Source: a candidate division WOR-3 bacterium
GTDB lineage: Bacteria; Hydrothermota; Hydrothermia; LBFQ01
Reading direction: 5' to 3'
NCBI GenBank assembly: GCA_039802605.1
Contig: JBDRWW010000003.1
Coordinates: 32,001-96,000, forward strand
DNA length: 64,000 nucleotides
The translations under genes were made by a program, and so were the position numbers. Below, one piece after another: positions 40,082 through 52,326 of the stretch (the stretch's first letter is position 1; the number at the start of each line of letters is the position of its first letter). Under the pieces are notes generated by a model. That model was not told the DNA's origin. It ran no database searches and was given only the letters and a program-made list of their open reading frames with translations.

Positions 40082-41161
40082 ATGGCACAAGTAAGAACTA
40101 TTAAATTACCTGAGGAGAGGGAGGACCGCGCGCAGAAGAGGTTGGCGGTCTTCTTTCTATGGTCCTTGGTGGTGTTGGCGGGCTTGGCGTGGGTTATGAG
40201 GGGTCAAATAGCGGCCGCCCTTGAAGAGGCAAGACTCAGAGAAATCCAATTATTGGAAGAAAAGTTAGCCAAAAAGAAGAATGTACCCCCCAAGTTGATG
40301 AAGCAATTGGAAAAGAAAAAGGAAGAGGCCAAGAAAGAGGCAGAAAAAAAGGATGAAAAGAAACCCGGTGAACCGAAGAAAATAGATTTGCAGGCAAAAC
40401 TATCACAAACCCTGAACCCCACAATAAAACTCGGTGGTCCAAAATTAAATGTAGATATTCCGCAAAACATAAAACTTCAGATAGCGAGTACCCAAATGCT
40501 CCCCGAACAGGTTCAGGTTAAAAACATAGACTTGAACGCGGCATTGGAAACTTCCGCAAAAATAGATATACAATCCCTTGACCAATCTTTGAGCGCCGAA
40601 GCGGCGGATGTTGTGGTGGCAGTTCCGACAAAGGGCGTTAGTACGGCCGATATATTGGCACAAGAGGCCGTTCCCGCCGTATCCCTCGGTGGGGCTGGAT
40701 TTGAAGGCTCCCTTGGTGGAGGTTTGGGCCTTGGTGGTGAAGGGGGTGGAGGAGGTATAAGCTTGAGCAGTGGTGGAGGTGGCGGATTGGCCGCCGCGGC
40801 ACCATCCGTTGATGTGGCCGTACCAAAACCCGCGGCGAAGGAGATAGCCGCCCCTGCCGAACCGGTGCAGGTGAAAGGAGGTGGTGCTATTGAGATAGAA
40901 GGATGCATTCAGGGTAAGGTTGTCCGCAAGGTTAAGCCTGAATACCCTCTAAGGGCTCGTAGGGAAGGTTGGCAGGGAGTTGTGGTTGTTGAGGTAGTAT
41001 TATCTTCAAACGGTACAATCAAAAATCTTGAACTCGTCAAATCAAGCGGTTATGACATCCTTGATAGGGCTGCGATAAGCGCCATACAAGGTTGGCAGTT
41101 TTCAAGCAATGTCCCCGAGGGATGTTCCGGTAAGATAACCATGAGGTTCGTTTTGGAGTAA
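40082..41161 (+). CDS. Energy transducer TonB family protein
   Basis: N-terminal TM, K/E- and G-rich linker, C-terminal PEYPLRARREGWQG...SSGYDILDRAA...WQF. Confidence 0.88.
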   Translation: MAQVRTIKLPEEREDRAQKRLAVFFLWSLVVLAGLAWVMRGQIAAALEEARLREIQLLEEKLAKKKNVPPKLMKQLEKKKEEAKKEAEKKDEKKPGEPKKIDLQAKLSQTLNPTIKLGGPKLNVDIPQNIKLQIASTQMLPEQVQVKNIDLNAALETSAKIDIQSLDQSLSAEAADVVVAVPTKGVSTADILAQEAVPAVSLGGAGFEGSLGGGLGLGGEGGGGGISLSSGGGGGLAAAAPSVDVAVPKPAAKEIAAPAEPVQVKGGGAIEIEGCIQGKVVRKVKPEYPLRARREGWQGVVVVEVVLSSNGTIKNLELVKSSGYDILDRAAISAIQGWQFSSNVPEGCSGKITMRFVLE

Positions 41162-41165
41162 GGGC

Positions 41166-42053
41166 ATGAAAAGGTATTTGATACTGTTGGCGTTTTTTGG
41201 ATTGCCCGTGCTTGGTTATGCTCAGGATCAAGGCGGTGAAATCTCCGAAGAAGAGACCGTTGTCGGTACGGCGGAATACAAGATAGATGATGCGGTGAAA
41301 CCCATTGTTGACCTCCAATTAAGGCCATTTGAACCGGTTGATAGCTTTATACTTTTAAAAGAAAAGGGTTTGGAAAAGAGGTTACCCGCGGGAATAGATA
41401 AGGAATTATCGGAAGTTGTGAAACTAAACAACCCATTCCTCAGAAGGCCGGTATATCCCGTTATGATAGTGGATAAAATAGTTATAAAACCTGGGAAATT
41501 GCCCAAGCCCGATAATTGGAAGATAGTTGTTTACAACTCGGCTGGAATACCCGTAAAAACCTTTGAAGGAAGGGGAGGGGTGCCCAACGAAATAGTATGG
41601 GACGGTATATCCGATAAGGGAGTACCCGCAATAAAACCCGGTGAGAGATTTACATATAGGATATATTTGGAGAGAAAGAGCGGGGCCAAGAGGAGGGAGG
41701 TTAGGGAAATACCCGAAATCGTAGGATTTGCCATATCCGATCCCAAAGGTGATAACATGATTTATCTAAACACCGATTATGTATTCCAACCCGGAAGGGC
41801 AAACTTGCAACCGGATGGTGAAGAGAGGATTGTGGAAATGTTAAACTTCTTAAAGGCAAAGTATAAGGGTAACGGTCCGGTGGAGGTTTATGTTTATGCC
41901 ACCAACAACTTTCTCTACGAGGATAGGGCAAAGGTTTTAAGAGAACTGATACTCAAAAACGCACCAATAGATCCGGAAAAGTTAAAGATAAATCAGGGAT
42001 ATTTTCAATCCGGAGCGAAATACGAAAGAATAGAATTGAAGTTTAGGGATTAA
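41166..42053 (+). CDS. Exported protein with FlgD-Ig-like domain and degenerate OmpA/MotB-like C-terminal domain
   Basis: Signal peptide ending GYA-Q; WKIVVYNSAGIPVKTF..IVWDG; VFQPGRANLQPDG...DRAKV. Confidence 0.6.
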   Translation: MKRYLILLAFFGLPVLGYAQDQGGEISEEETVVGTAEYKIDDAVKPIVDLQLRPFEPVDSFILLKEKGLEKRLPAGIDKELSEVVKLNNPFLRRPVYPVMIVDKIVIKPGKLPKPDNWKIVVYNSAGIPVKTFEGRGGVPNEIVWDGISDKGVPAIKPGERFTYRIYLERKSGAKRREVREIPEIVGFAISDPKGDNMIYLNTDYVFQPGRANLQPDGEERIVEMLNFLKAKYKGNGPVEVYVYATNNFLYEDRAKVLRELILKNAPIDPEKLKINQGYFQSGAKYERIELKFRD

Positions 42054-42054
42054 A

Positions 42055-43527
42055 ATGGATAACAAGGTGGAGGTCCATCTCAAAGAACTTTTAACTTTTG
42101 ATGATGTTCTTTTGCTTCCCAAGTATAGCGAGGTTTTGCCTTCGGAGGTTATCGTTAAAAGTAGATTTAGCAGGAATATATCTTTGAATATTCCCATAGT
42201 TTCATCTGCTATGGATACCGTCACCGAGTATAGAATGGCGGTTGCCATGGCCTTAAACGGTGGAATAGGTGTTATTCACAGGAACCTTCCGCCTGAAAAA
42301 CAGGCCGAGGAGGTTAAAAAGGTTAAAAGGTTTAGGGCTTGGATGGTTATAGACCCTTATACCCTTACGGAAAAATCCACCATAGGCGATGCAAAAAATC
42401 TTATGCATACCCATAACATATCCGGAATACCCATAATTGATAATAACGGCAAGCTGAAAGGCATTATAACCAGAAGGGATATTTATTATGCGGAAAACGA
42501 TTGGGAACCGGTAATAAGGTACATGACCCCAAGGGAAAAGTTAATAGTGGCATATTATCCCATAACTTTGGAGGAGGCCAAGGATATACTTAGGAAACAT
42601 AGAATAGAAAAATTGCCCGTTATAAACGAAAGGGATGAATTGGTTGGCCTTATAACGGCAAAAGATGTTTTCAACCAAGAGGATGATGGGGATGCAAATG
42701 TGGATAATTTGGGTAGGTTGAGGGTTGCGGCTGCCATTGGGCCTTCTAAGGATTTTGAAAGGAGGGCGGAACTCTTATACGAGGCGGGGGTTGATGCGTT
42801 CGTCGTGGATACCGCCCACGGTCATAGCAAAAGGGTTGGTTATGCGGTTGAATATTTAAAGAAAAACTATCCCAATGTTGATGTTGTGGCCGGAAATGTG
42901 GCCACATACGATGGCGCTATGTACCTTATAGATAAGGGTGCGGATGGTATTAAGGTAGGTGTGGGTCCCGGATCCATATGCACCACCCGTGTTATTGCCG
43001 GTGTTGGCGTACCTCAGCTGAGCGCAATAATGGAATGTTATAAGGCCTGTTCTTACAACGATGTTCCACTAATAGCCGATGGGGGGATAAGGTACTCCGG
43101 TGATATTGTTAAGGCGTTGGCGGCCGGTGCGGATGCCGTTATGTTGGGCAATTTGTTGGCGGGTACGGATGAAAGTCCCGGTGAGGATATTTTTTACGAG
43201 GGTAGGAGGTACAAGACTTACAGGGGTATGGGTTCCCTCGGGGCTATGTTGGAAGGTGGATCTTCGCGGTACGGTTGGGATGGGAGTTTGAAATTTGTTC
43301 CCGAGGGTGTGGAAGGTATGGTACCTTACAGGGGAAGTGTTAAAGATGTTTTATTTCAACTGGTTGGGGGTTTGAAGGCGGGTATGGGATACCTAGGAGC
43401 ATCAAATATAAAGGAATTGAGGGAAAAGGCGGAGTTTATAAAAATAACCAACGCGGGTATAAAAGAAAGCCATCCACACGATGTATTTATAATAAAGGAA
43501 GCTCCAAACTATAACAAAGGGGGTTAA
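42055..43527 (+). CDS. guaB: IMP dehydrogenase
   Basis: [11 protein letters not shown] pair, [17 protein letters not shown]. Confidence 0.97.
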   Translation: MDNKVEVHLKELLTFDDVLLLPKYSEVLPSEVIVKSRFSRNISLNIPIVSSAMDTVTEYRMAVAMALNGGIGVIHRNLPPEKQAEEVKKVKRFRAWMVIDPYTLTEKSTIGDAKNLMHTHNISGIPIIDNNGKLKGIITRRDIYYAENDWEPVIRYMTPREKLIVAYYPITLEEAKDILRKHRIEKLPVINERDELVGLITAKDVFNQEDDGDANVDNLGRLRVAAAIGPSKDFERRAELLYEAGVDAFVVDTAHGHSKRVGYAVEYLKKNYPNVDVVAGNVATYDGAMYLIDKGADGIKVGVGPGSICTTRVIAGVGVPQLSAIMECYKACSYNDVPLIADGGIRYSGDIVKALAAGADAVMLGNLLAGTDESPGEDIFYEGRRYKTYRGMGSLGAMLEGGSSRYGWDGSLKFVPEGVEGMVPYRGSVKDVLFQLVGGLKAGMGYLGASNIKELREKAEFIKITNAGIKESHPHDVFIIKEAPNYNKGG

Positions 43528-43528
43528 T

Positions 43529-44512
43529 ATGTCGGTGGAATACGCTTATGCAAGGATTAGGGGGAGAAGGGCAAAACTGCTAACACCTATTGAAATGGAA
43601 ACGCTAATAAGGGAAGACCTTGAAAATATGGAAAATGCCTTAAAGGACACCAAATACGGGAAATACCTACCCAAGGTTGGGGAGAAGGGGGGAATATCCA
43701 AACTTTTAAATGCGGTTAATTTGGCCTTTATAGATGAGCTTGAAAAGGTTAAAAAAATACTCTCCGATGATGGGAACCTTTTATACTCCTTGGAAACATA
43801 TCTGGCAAGATGGGATTTGCAGAATTTTATCACCATAGTTAGGGGAAAGTTTTATTCCCATCCAGAAGAAGAAATTTTAAGGGCTTTGTTGCCCATTGGG
43901 ATTTTAGACGAAATTAGGCTAAGAGACCTTATGAAAGAAGAGGATGCATACTCCGTGGCGGAGAGGGTCAAGGTAATCGTAAAGGGCTTACCCTTTGAAA
44001 TTACAAGGGAATCCCTTAAATACCTAAAAGCCGGAGAACTTGCAAAATTTGAATACGGAGTCTATACCTCGTTTTATCACAACATTCTAAGCCGGGATGT
44101 ACATCCATCCGTTAAGGATTTTTATAAGTTTTCCATAGATGCGAAAAATTTATCTTTGGCCTTCATATCCCTCCAATACGGTGAGAGACCCAGTCTGTGG
44201 ATTGAGGGTGGATATTTGTCGGGCTCGTTAAAAATAAAGGTTTTACAGTGCGAAACCGTTGAAGATTTACAAAGGGTTATATCGGAACACATTGGGTTAA
44301 AAGGGGTTGCTTTGGAAAACATTGATACTATTTTTGAAAGGAAGTTTTTCGGAAGTGTTTTAAGGGATTTTAGGAGGGATCCTGTTAGTTTTTACTCGGT
44401 TTTACAATATCTCAACGAGTTGGAAAGGGAAGTTATAACTTTGAGAACGATTATTTACGCCAAATCGTTTGGTTTGAGTCCCGAACAAATAAAGGAGGTG
44501 TTGTATGTCTGA
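43529..44512 (+). CDS. V/A-type ATP synthase subunit C (isolated)
   Basis: YAYARIRG...LL, RWDLQN...RGK, EREV..LR.I. Confidence 0.8.
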   Translation: MSVEYAYARIRGRRAKLLTPIEMETLIREDLENMENALKDTKYGKYLPKVGEKGGISKLLNAVNLAFIDELEKVKKILSDDGNLLYSLETYLARWDLQNFITIVRGKFYSHPEEEILRALLPIGILDEIRLRDLMKEEDAYSVAERVKVIVKGLPFEITRESLKYLKAGELAKFEYGVYTSFYHNILSRDVHPSVKDFYKFSIDAKNLSLAFISLQYGERPSLWIEGGYLSGSLKIKVLQCETVEDLQRVISEHIGLKGVALENIDTIFERKFFGSVLRDFRRDPVSFYSVLQYLNELEREVITLRTIIYAKSFGLSPEQIKEVLYV

Positions 44513-45131
44513 ACTTTATATGATAGTTTTGCAGGGCAAAGAGGAATTGGGGAACGATCCCGAGGCCGTAAAATTGTGGTCTGAATTGTCGGGTGTGGAT
44601 ATAGAGTCTATAAACGAAAATACGCCATTTGATATAGAAATAGCGGATAAACTCCTTAGAACGCTACCCGAGGTTTTGGAGAAGTTAAAGGAAAAGAAGA
44701 AGGTGGATATTGAGAAGGTTGAGAAAGGTCTTGAAATTTTAATGAAGGAAAAGGAGAGTGAAGAAAAGTTTGAAGAAAAGGTAGGAATTTTAGAAACCTT
44801 AAAGGAAGAGTTGGAAAAGTCGCATATATTTGAAGAGATAAAGGAAACGGTAGAAGAAAAAGCCGTTGAGGGAATAGTGGTTCCGGCGGGTGTAAAATTT
44901 GTTTTGGAGTTTTCCGGAGGCAAATTCTCAAAAATATATGGGGATTGGAAAGATTTTGAGGTTTTAAATTCCTTACTATCGCAAAATCTAAGGTCTTTTC
45001 ACATGGGTTATATTGGGAATTTTACCATATACGGTGAAAGGATTGGGAATAGATGGATAATAGTAGGAGTAGATGAGGGAAACCTCGGGGTGGTTAAGGT
45101 TATATTCTCCTCCCTGAGGAGAAATCTGTAA
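44505..45131 (+). CDS. Hypothetical protein, E/K-rich coiled region
   Basis: ORF with strong SD AAGGAGGTG; no family recognised. Confidence 0.5.
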   Translation: MSELYMIVLQGKEELGNDPEAVKLWSELSGVDIESINENTPFDIEIADKLLRTLPEVLEKLKEKKKVDIEKVEKGLEILMKEKESEEKFEEKVGILETLKEELEKSHIFEEIKETVEEKAVEGIVVPAGVKFVLEFSGGKFSKIYGDWKDFEVLNSLLSQNLRSFHMGYIGNFTIYGERIGNRWIIVGVDEGNLGVVKVIFSSLRRNL

Positions 45132-45962
45132 ATGACGATTTGGTTAATTTCGCTTTTGGATTCGGTTTATGTAAAGGTTTTTAATGTTTCAAGAAACTCT
45201 TATATAAACGACGAAATAAGCGTTGAGATTTCGGGATTTTTTAAAGACGGAAGTGAGGTTTTTGATACCCTAACCATAAAAGGCGAGGGTTGGGTAAAGG
45301 TTCCCAAAGGGCCGCATGTAATAGGACTTACAGCCCTATATCAGGGGGAAAGGTTTCCATCCCAACCGATTATCCTTACTGATACTTCAACCGTTATAAC
45401 CATTGATGTTTACGATGTTTCTGCCGACAGTTCAAATTTAACCATAAGGAGTCATAGCATAGGGATTTTTAAAGAAAGGGGTATATACCGTGTCGTTGAA
45501 TTGTTAAGCATAAAAAATGATGGTAAAAAAGCTTTTAGGGGACCCCTTATGTCCGTAGAATTACCCAAAAAAAGCGAAAGGTTTAACATAACCGGCGATG
45601 AGGAAGATTACTTTATAAAGGATAATAGGGTTGTACTTACACCCTTAATCCTCCCAGGCGAGGGGTCTTTTGGATACGATTATTTCGTGTTGGAAGATTA
45701 TTTTAAAATAATGAGAAAAGGGGCATTGGAATACAGGGTTTTTGCCGATACCGGTATAAAGGTTAAGGTTAAAGGCGGCGTGTTTGAAGGGCAAAGGGAC
45801 TTTGAAGGGCAAAAGTTTAATGTCTGGAAAAGCGTGGGAAAGGTGGAATTGGAAGTGGGATATAATCCTCTACTTAGGGAAATTGGTTATTACATTTTGG
45901 CGGCGGTGGTTATAATAGTCTCATTGGTTTTGGGTATAGTTTTTTATAGGCTTAGGAAATGA
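45132..45962 (+). CDS. Hypothetical exported beta-rich protein with C-terminal TM anchor
   Basis: Short hydrophobic N-terminus; C-terminal TM followed by RLRK. Confidence 0.55.
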   Translation: MTIWLISLLDSVYVKVFNVSRNSYINDEISVEISGFFKDGSEVFDTLTIKGEGWVKVPKGPHVIGLTALYQGERFPSQPIILTDTSTVITIDVYDVSADSSNLTIRSHSIGIFKERGIYRVVELLSIKNDGKKAFRGPLMSVELPKKSERFNITGDEEDYFIKDNRVVLTPLILPGEGSFGYDYFVLEDYFKIMRKGALEYRVFADTGIKVKVKGGVFEGQRDFEGQKFNVWKSVGKVELEVGYNPLLREIGYYILAAVVIIVSLVLGIVFYRLRK

Positions 45963-46510
45963 AAAGGTTTGTGTTTTTATTTGCCTTTATATCTTGTACG
46001 CAAACATACTATACCGAGGAAAAATTGCCGGGGGATTTGATGATTTTTGCACCGGAGAGCGCATTTGTTCAGGTATTTGATAGTACGGGGAGAAAGGTTT
46101 CGGATGGATATGTCCGGAAATACAATGTTTTAATTTATGCCTTTAATGGGAAACCCGAACGGATCTTGATCGTTAAAGCTTCAAATTTTGGATGCGAAAC
46201 CCTCAGCGTTAAAATAAAAGAAGAAAATTACTGTCCTAACCTTGTCAGTTCCTTGAATTTTAGACCTTCACCAAGATGCGATGTATGTAATAGCGGTTCC
46301 GATGGAAACGATACGATAACCATTATTACAGATTTTGATGTGGTATATGTGGCAGAAGATAGCACCTGTGGTACCTTGAAAAGATTCTATAAGGATAACA
46401 TTTTCATTGTTAGGGGATTATATCCCGGAGAGTATAGGGTTAAGGTTGATAGCGCGGAGTTTGTGGCATATGTATCTTCAAGGGCTTGCAATGTTTTAAT
46501 TGCGAGATGA
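45959..46510 (+). CDS. Cys-rich hypothetical lipoprotein
   Basis: MKRFVFLFAFISC lipobox; several Cys. Confidence 0.6.
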   Translation: MKRFVFLFAFISCTQTYYTEEKLPGDLMIFAPESAFVQVFDSTGRKVSDGYVRKYNVLIYAFNGKPERILIVKASNFGCETLSVKIKEENYCPNLVSSLNFRPSPRCDVCNSGSDGNDTITIITDFDVVYVAEDSTCGTLKRFYKDNIFIVRGLYPGEYRVKVDSAEFVAYVSSRACNVLIAR

Positions 46511-47031
46511 TGATAGGATACACTTTGTCCATTGGTTTATTTGGTGGCATAAGTGCGGGTTTGGGTAATGCCCCGATTGGGGCTTATGGTGGTCTATCCC
46601 TTGGTTCTGGATTATATATAAATAGAATGGCCACAATTCAGCTCATCCTGGCCCCCAACCTGAAATATCCGGATCTGTGCTTTGAGGATATGGTAAGGGT
46701 TTCATCTTCCCTTTTCTTGGGAATTCACGAAATCGGTTTGCAGGCGGGTTTAACATGCTTTCAGATGGAGGGTGAGAGGAGTGTAAATATGGGTTCTTAT
46801 ACGGAGATTTACAGGTTTAAAACGGGAGCAGTGGGAAGATCCGCCGGGATATACTACACCATAAGGTTAAACAAGGGGAAAGGCGAAAGGTATTTCGTGG
46901 GCTTTGCGTATCTATTGCCCCTATTTAAAACCTGTGTTGATATGAAAGATTCCTGTATTTCCGCACCCTTTGTTTCCTATCCGAGAGCGGAATTTAGCGT
47001 AGGTGTGCAAACCGCCCGGGCAAAATTCTAA
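46507..47031 (+). CDS. Hypothetical protein, possible small outer-membrane beta-barrel
   Basis: ATG overlapping previous stop; Gly/aromatic alternating strands, terminal F. Confidence 0.4.
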   Translation: MMIGYTLSIGLFGGISAGLGNAPIGAYGGLSLGSGLYINRMATIQLILAPNLKYPDLCFEDMVRVSSSLFLGIHEIGLQAGLTCFQMEGERSVNMGSYTEIYRFKTGAVGRSAGIYYTIRLNKGKGERYFVGFAYLLPLFKTCVDMKDSCISAPFVSYPRAEFSVGVQTARAKF

Positions 47032-47057
47032 AATACCAACCTTAAAATACCCGCAAT

Positions 47058-48335
47058 ATGCTCCTTGAAGCTTTGAGGAATACGGACCCTGAAATATTTG
47101 AAGCTATATATAACGAGGTTAAGAGGCAACACGAAACTCTGGAGCTTATAGCCTCGGAAAACTTTACATCCCTTGCCGTTTTAATCGCAATGGGAAGCCC
47201 GTTAACCAATAAGTATGCGGAAGGCTATCCGAATAAAAGGTATTACGGTGGGTGTGAATTCGTTGATATTGCCGAGAGTTTGGCCATAGAAAGGGCGAAA
47301 AAACTATTTAACGCCGAACACGCAAATGTGCAACCCCATTCCGGCACACAGGCAAATATGGCGGTTTATTTTGCCGTTTTGCAACCAGGCGATACGATCC
47401 TCGCCATGAGGTTGGATCACGGGGGACATTTATCACACGGTGCCCCTGTAAATTTTGCGGGAAAATTCTTCAATGTGGTTTATTACGGCGTTGATCCGAA
47501 TACAGAAACCTTAAACTACGATCACATCAGGGATTTGGCAAAGCAGTACAAACCCAAAATAATCGTATGCGGTTATTCCGCTTACCCTAGGAAGGTGGAT
47601 TTTAAGGCTTTTAGGGAAATAGCGGACGAGGTTGGGGCTTATCTCCTCGCGGATATAGCGCACATAGCGGGTTTGGTGGTGGCGGGGGAACATCCCTCAC
47701 CCATACCTTATGCCCACTTTACCACAACCACAACCCATAAAACCCTAAGGGGTCCAAGGGGCGCTATAATCTTAACATCAAATGAGTATGGTCAAATTAT
47801 TGATAAAACGGTTTTCCCGGGTATTCAAGGTGGTCCTTTGATGCATGTTATAGCGGCAAAAGCCGTGGCGTTTAAAGAGGCTATGAGCGAAGAGTTTAAG
47901 GAATACCAAGGGCAAATAGTTAAAAATGCGAAGGCTTTGGCCGAAACGCTAATGGAAGAGGGTTTAAGGCTCGTTTCAAACGGGACGGATACACACCTTA
48001 TGCTCGTTGATCTTAGAAATCTTGGGATTACCGGAAAGGATGCCCAGAATTGGTTAGAAAGTGCAAACATAACCGTAAATAAGAACACCATACCCTTTGA
48101 CCCACAAAAACCTTGGGTGGCAAGCGGTATAAGAATAGGAACCCCGGCATTAACAACCCGTGGTATGAAAGAGAACGAGATGAGGGAAATAGGTAAGTTA
48201 ATAGCCCAGGTGTTAAAGTCAAAAGGTAATGAAGGTGTTATAAATAAAGTTAAGGGGAAAGTAAAAGAACTCGTGGAGGCATTCCCGCTTTACGAGGTTT
48301 ATAGGAAAGAGATGGAAAAACTTTTGCAAACTTGA
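47058..48335 (+). CDS. glyA: Serine hydroxymethyltransferase
   Basis: [33 protein letters not shown]. Confidence 0.98.
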   Translation: MLLEALRNTDPEIFEAIYNEVKRQHETLELIASENFTSLAVLIAMGSPLTNKYAEGYPNKRYYGGCEFVDIAESLAIERAKKLFNAEHANVQPHSGTQANMAVYFAVLQPGDTILAMRLDHGGHLSHGAPVNFAGKFFNVVYYGVDPNTETLNYDHIRDLAKQYKPKIIVCGYSAYPRKVDFKAFREIADEVGAYLLADIAHIAGLVVAGEHPSPIPYAHFTTTTTHKTLRGPRGAIILTSNEYGQIIDKTVFPGIQGGPLMHVIAAKAVAFKEAMSEEFKEYQGQIVKNAKALAETLMEEGLRLVSNGTDTHLMLVDLRNLGITGKDAQNWLESANITVNKNTIPFDPQKPWVASGIRIGTPALTTRGMKENEMREIGKLIAQVLKSKGNEGVINKVKGKVKELVEAFPLYEVYRKEMEKLLQT

Positions 48336-48360
48336 CAATATGGGGTAAGGTAGGCATAAT
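48332..48360 (+). promoter_or_regulatory. rRNA promoter TTGACA-17-CATAAT
   Basis: Near-consensus hexamers about 65 nt upstream of the 16S 5' end. Confidence 0.85.
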
Positions 48361-48365
48361 TGAGA

Positions 48366-50027
<1,662 letters not shown>

Positions 50028-50032
50028 ATTCT

Positions 50033-51139
50033 TTATTTTAAAAGCGGGTGGTGGGTATTAAGATAATCGGCAACCCTTTTAACCTCATCCCATATATAGG
50101 CGCTGGATTTTGTGGTTTCCTTATCAAATATGTATTCTATATCAACACCGTATTTTGAGGCCTTTTCCTTCCATTCCCTTGGTATTTCATCGCTTATACT
50201 AACATTTAGCAGTTTTGAAAGCAGTATAGTCCATAACCTGCAAACATTTCCCACATTATAACCGCCACCTCCCAGGGCCAAAACCGGGATGTTTAAAGAA
50301 AGAACAAAATCATAAACATGAATGTAGGAATTTGTAGTTAAATTCCAATGCGTTAAAGGGTCTTCCCTTATAGCATCCGCACCGCTTTGTAAAACCACAA
50401 CCGATGGGTTAAATTTCCGTATGGCTTTTTTAATAACATTTTCAAAAGCCCATATAAACACATCATCTCCGGAATTTGGGGGGAAAGGAAAGTTTAAAGC
50501 GTACCCAAAACCCTCACCCTCTCCCATTTCATCCTCAAATCCAGTCCCCGGAAATAGATATTTACCGCTTTCGTGGGTGCTTATTGTTAAAACCCTGCTA
50601 TCTTTATAAAAAGCCTCTTGAACCCCATCCCCATGATGGGCGTCTATATCGAGGTATAAAACCTTATCAAATCTTTCGAGGAGTTTATATATGGCAACTA
50701 CCGGGTCGTTTATATAACAAAAACCACTCGCTCTGTCCGACATGGCATGGTGTAATCCTCCCGCCATATTAAACGCCCTATTCCCCCCTAGATTTATGTA
50801 TTCGGCAGCAGCCTGGGATGAACCGGCCGCCAAAAGCGAAGCCGTATATATTCCCGGAACAACCGGGCAATCACCCGTTCCCAAACCGTAGTATATCATA
50901 TAGTCCTTCCATTCACCCTTATCGGCAACCTCTAAAACCTTTAAGTAATCCTCTTCGTGAAATTTTCTAACCAATTGTAAATCGGCCATTTTTGGATAAA
51001 GAAAATCAACGAAATTTAGCAAACCCTTTAACCTTTGCAATTCTTGGGTTAAATAAAGTCTGTACATTTTTAGGGGATGGTATTCCCCATAGGAATACCT
51101 CCAAAATGGCGATGTATCTACAAAACCCGTATGTACCAT
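50033..51139 (-). CDS. acuC: Histone deacetylase family / AcuC-like deacetylase
   Basis: HPLK..R, GGLHHA, SGFCYIND, DIDAHHGDGVQ, GGGGY. Confidence 0.85.
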   Translation of the reverse strand: MVHTGFVDTSPFWRYSYGEYHPLKMYRLYLTQELQRLKGLLNFVDFLYPKMADLQLVRKFHEEDYLKVLEVADKGEWKDYMIYYGLGTGDCPVVPGIYTASLLAAGSSQAAAEYINLGGNRAFNMAGGLHHAMSDRASGFCYINDPVVAIYKLLERFDKVLYLDIDAHHGDGVQEAFYKDSRVLTISTHESGKYLFPGTGFEDEMGEGEGFGYALNFPFPPNSGDDVFIWAFENVIKKAIRKFNPSVVVLQSGADAIREDPLTHWNLTTNSYIHVYDFVLSLNIPVLALGGGGYNVGNVCRLWTILLSKLLNVSISDEIPREWKEKASKYGVDIEYIFDKETTKSSAYIWDEVKRVADYLNTHHPLLK

Positions 51140-51699
51140 TTTAAGAATTTTAACATCGCTTTAAACCTGTGGCTTATTTTGTTTTTCTCCTCGGGTGTCA
51201 TTTCCGCAAGGGTTTTATCGTATCCCTTTGGTATGAACACTGGGTCGTATCCAAAACCGTACTTCCCCCTCTCGCTTTTTGTTATTTCACCATCCAATAC
51301 CCCTTTAAAAAATTCCATCCTTTCCCCATCGTAATAAGAAATTACGGTTATAAACCTCGCCTTCCTGTTTTCCTCATTTTTCAATAAGTACAAAAGTTTT
51401 TCCCTGTTATCCCTATCCGTTGCACCCTTTCCCGCAAATCTGGAAGAGTATATGCCCGGAGATCCGTTTAAGGCGTCCACGAACAAACCGGTATCCTCCC
51501 CAATTGAAGGAATCCCGGTATTGTTATATCCGTATTTGGCCTTTATTAGGGCGTTTTCCTCCAATGTTTTACCCGTTTCATCGGGTGTGTTTAATCCAAA
51601 ATCCGAAAAGGAATAAACATCTATGCATATTCCCACAATGGATTTTATTTCAAAAACCTTATGCTTATTTGATGTTGCCAATAGGATCCTAGGTCTCAT
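51118..51699 (-). CDS. rdgB: Non-canonical purine NTP pyrophosphatase (Ham1)
   Basis: ATSNKHK, ENALIKA, EDTGL, GFGYDPVF, KNKISHR. Confidence 0.95.
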   Translation of the reverse strand: MRPRILLATSNKHKVFEIKSIVGICIDVYSFSDFGLNTPDETGKTLEENALIKAKYGYNNTGIPSIGEDTGLFVDALNGSPGIYSSRFAGKGATDRDNREKLLYLLKNEENRKARFITVISYYDGERMEFFKGVLDGEITKSERGKYGFGYDPVFIPKGYDKTLAEMTPEEKNKISHRFKAMLKFLKWYIRVL

Positions 51700-52304
51700 A
51701 TACCAAACTTTATGTAATACCTCGCACCGAAATAGAAATTGCTATAAGCGACGTTAACCTCCTCCAAATCCCCCGTAGAAAAATCCACCTTTTTGAACTT
51801 TAAAGAAAAAATATTTACACCCGTAAATATGTCAAAGTCTTCAAGCCTTAGGGCAAAACTAAAATTTAAAAGATAACCGAAACCCTTATACTGCTCACTT
51901 TTATCCTTTGCTATTTCTTGCCAAGCGCTTTGTGTAGTATCGTAAAGGTATAAGGAATATTTTGTGTTTAAAATCGTGTAGTTTCCACCCCCTCCCAAAC
52001 CAACCAAAGCATACATATTTTCACCTACATAAAACTTCATAAGCATATTTAAGGAAAAGGGGATGTAGTTTGCCTGGGAGGTTCTTTTCAGTTTAACCCT
52101 ATCGCTACTGTCCGAAAATGGCTTTTGAAAAAAATAAGTGTATCCCGTTTCCAAACCCGCCCCGAATAACTCGCTTATACCAAAGAAATACCTAAAACCC
52201 ATATCCGCCCCTATGCCCGTTGATGCGTAATTTGAAAACTCTTCAAATGGAATCCTTCCGTGAACCCCAAAGGATAAATCCATTGAGGATATTATCCAAA
52301 TCAT
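51696..52304 (-). CDS. Outer-membrane beta-barrel protein (OmpW/OmpA-TM like)
   Basis: Amphipathic strands, YIPF, C-terminal FYFGARYYIKF. Confidence 0.6.
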   Translation of the reverse strand: MIWIISSMDLSFGVHGRIPFEEFSNYASTGIGADMGFRYFFGISELFGAGLETGYTYFFQKPFSDSSDRVKLKRTSQANYIPFSLNMLMKFYVGENMYALVGLGGGGNYTILNTKYSLYLYDTTQSAWQEIAKDKSEQYKGFGYLLNFSFALRLEDFDIFTGVNIFSLKFKKVDFSTGDLEEVNVAYSNFYFGARYYIKFGI

Positions 52305-52326
52305 AGCGGATATTTTAAAGTCGTTG

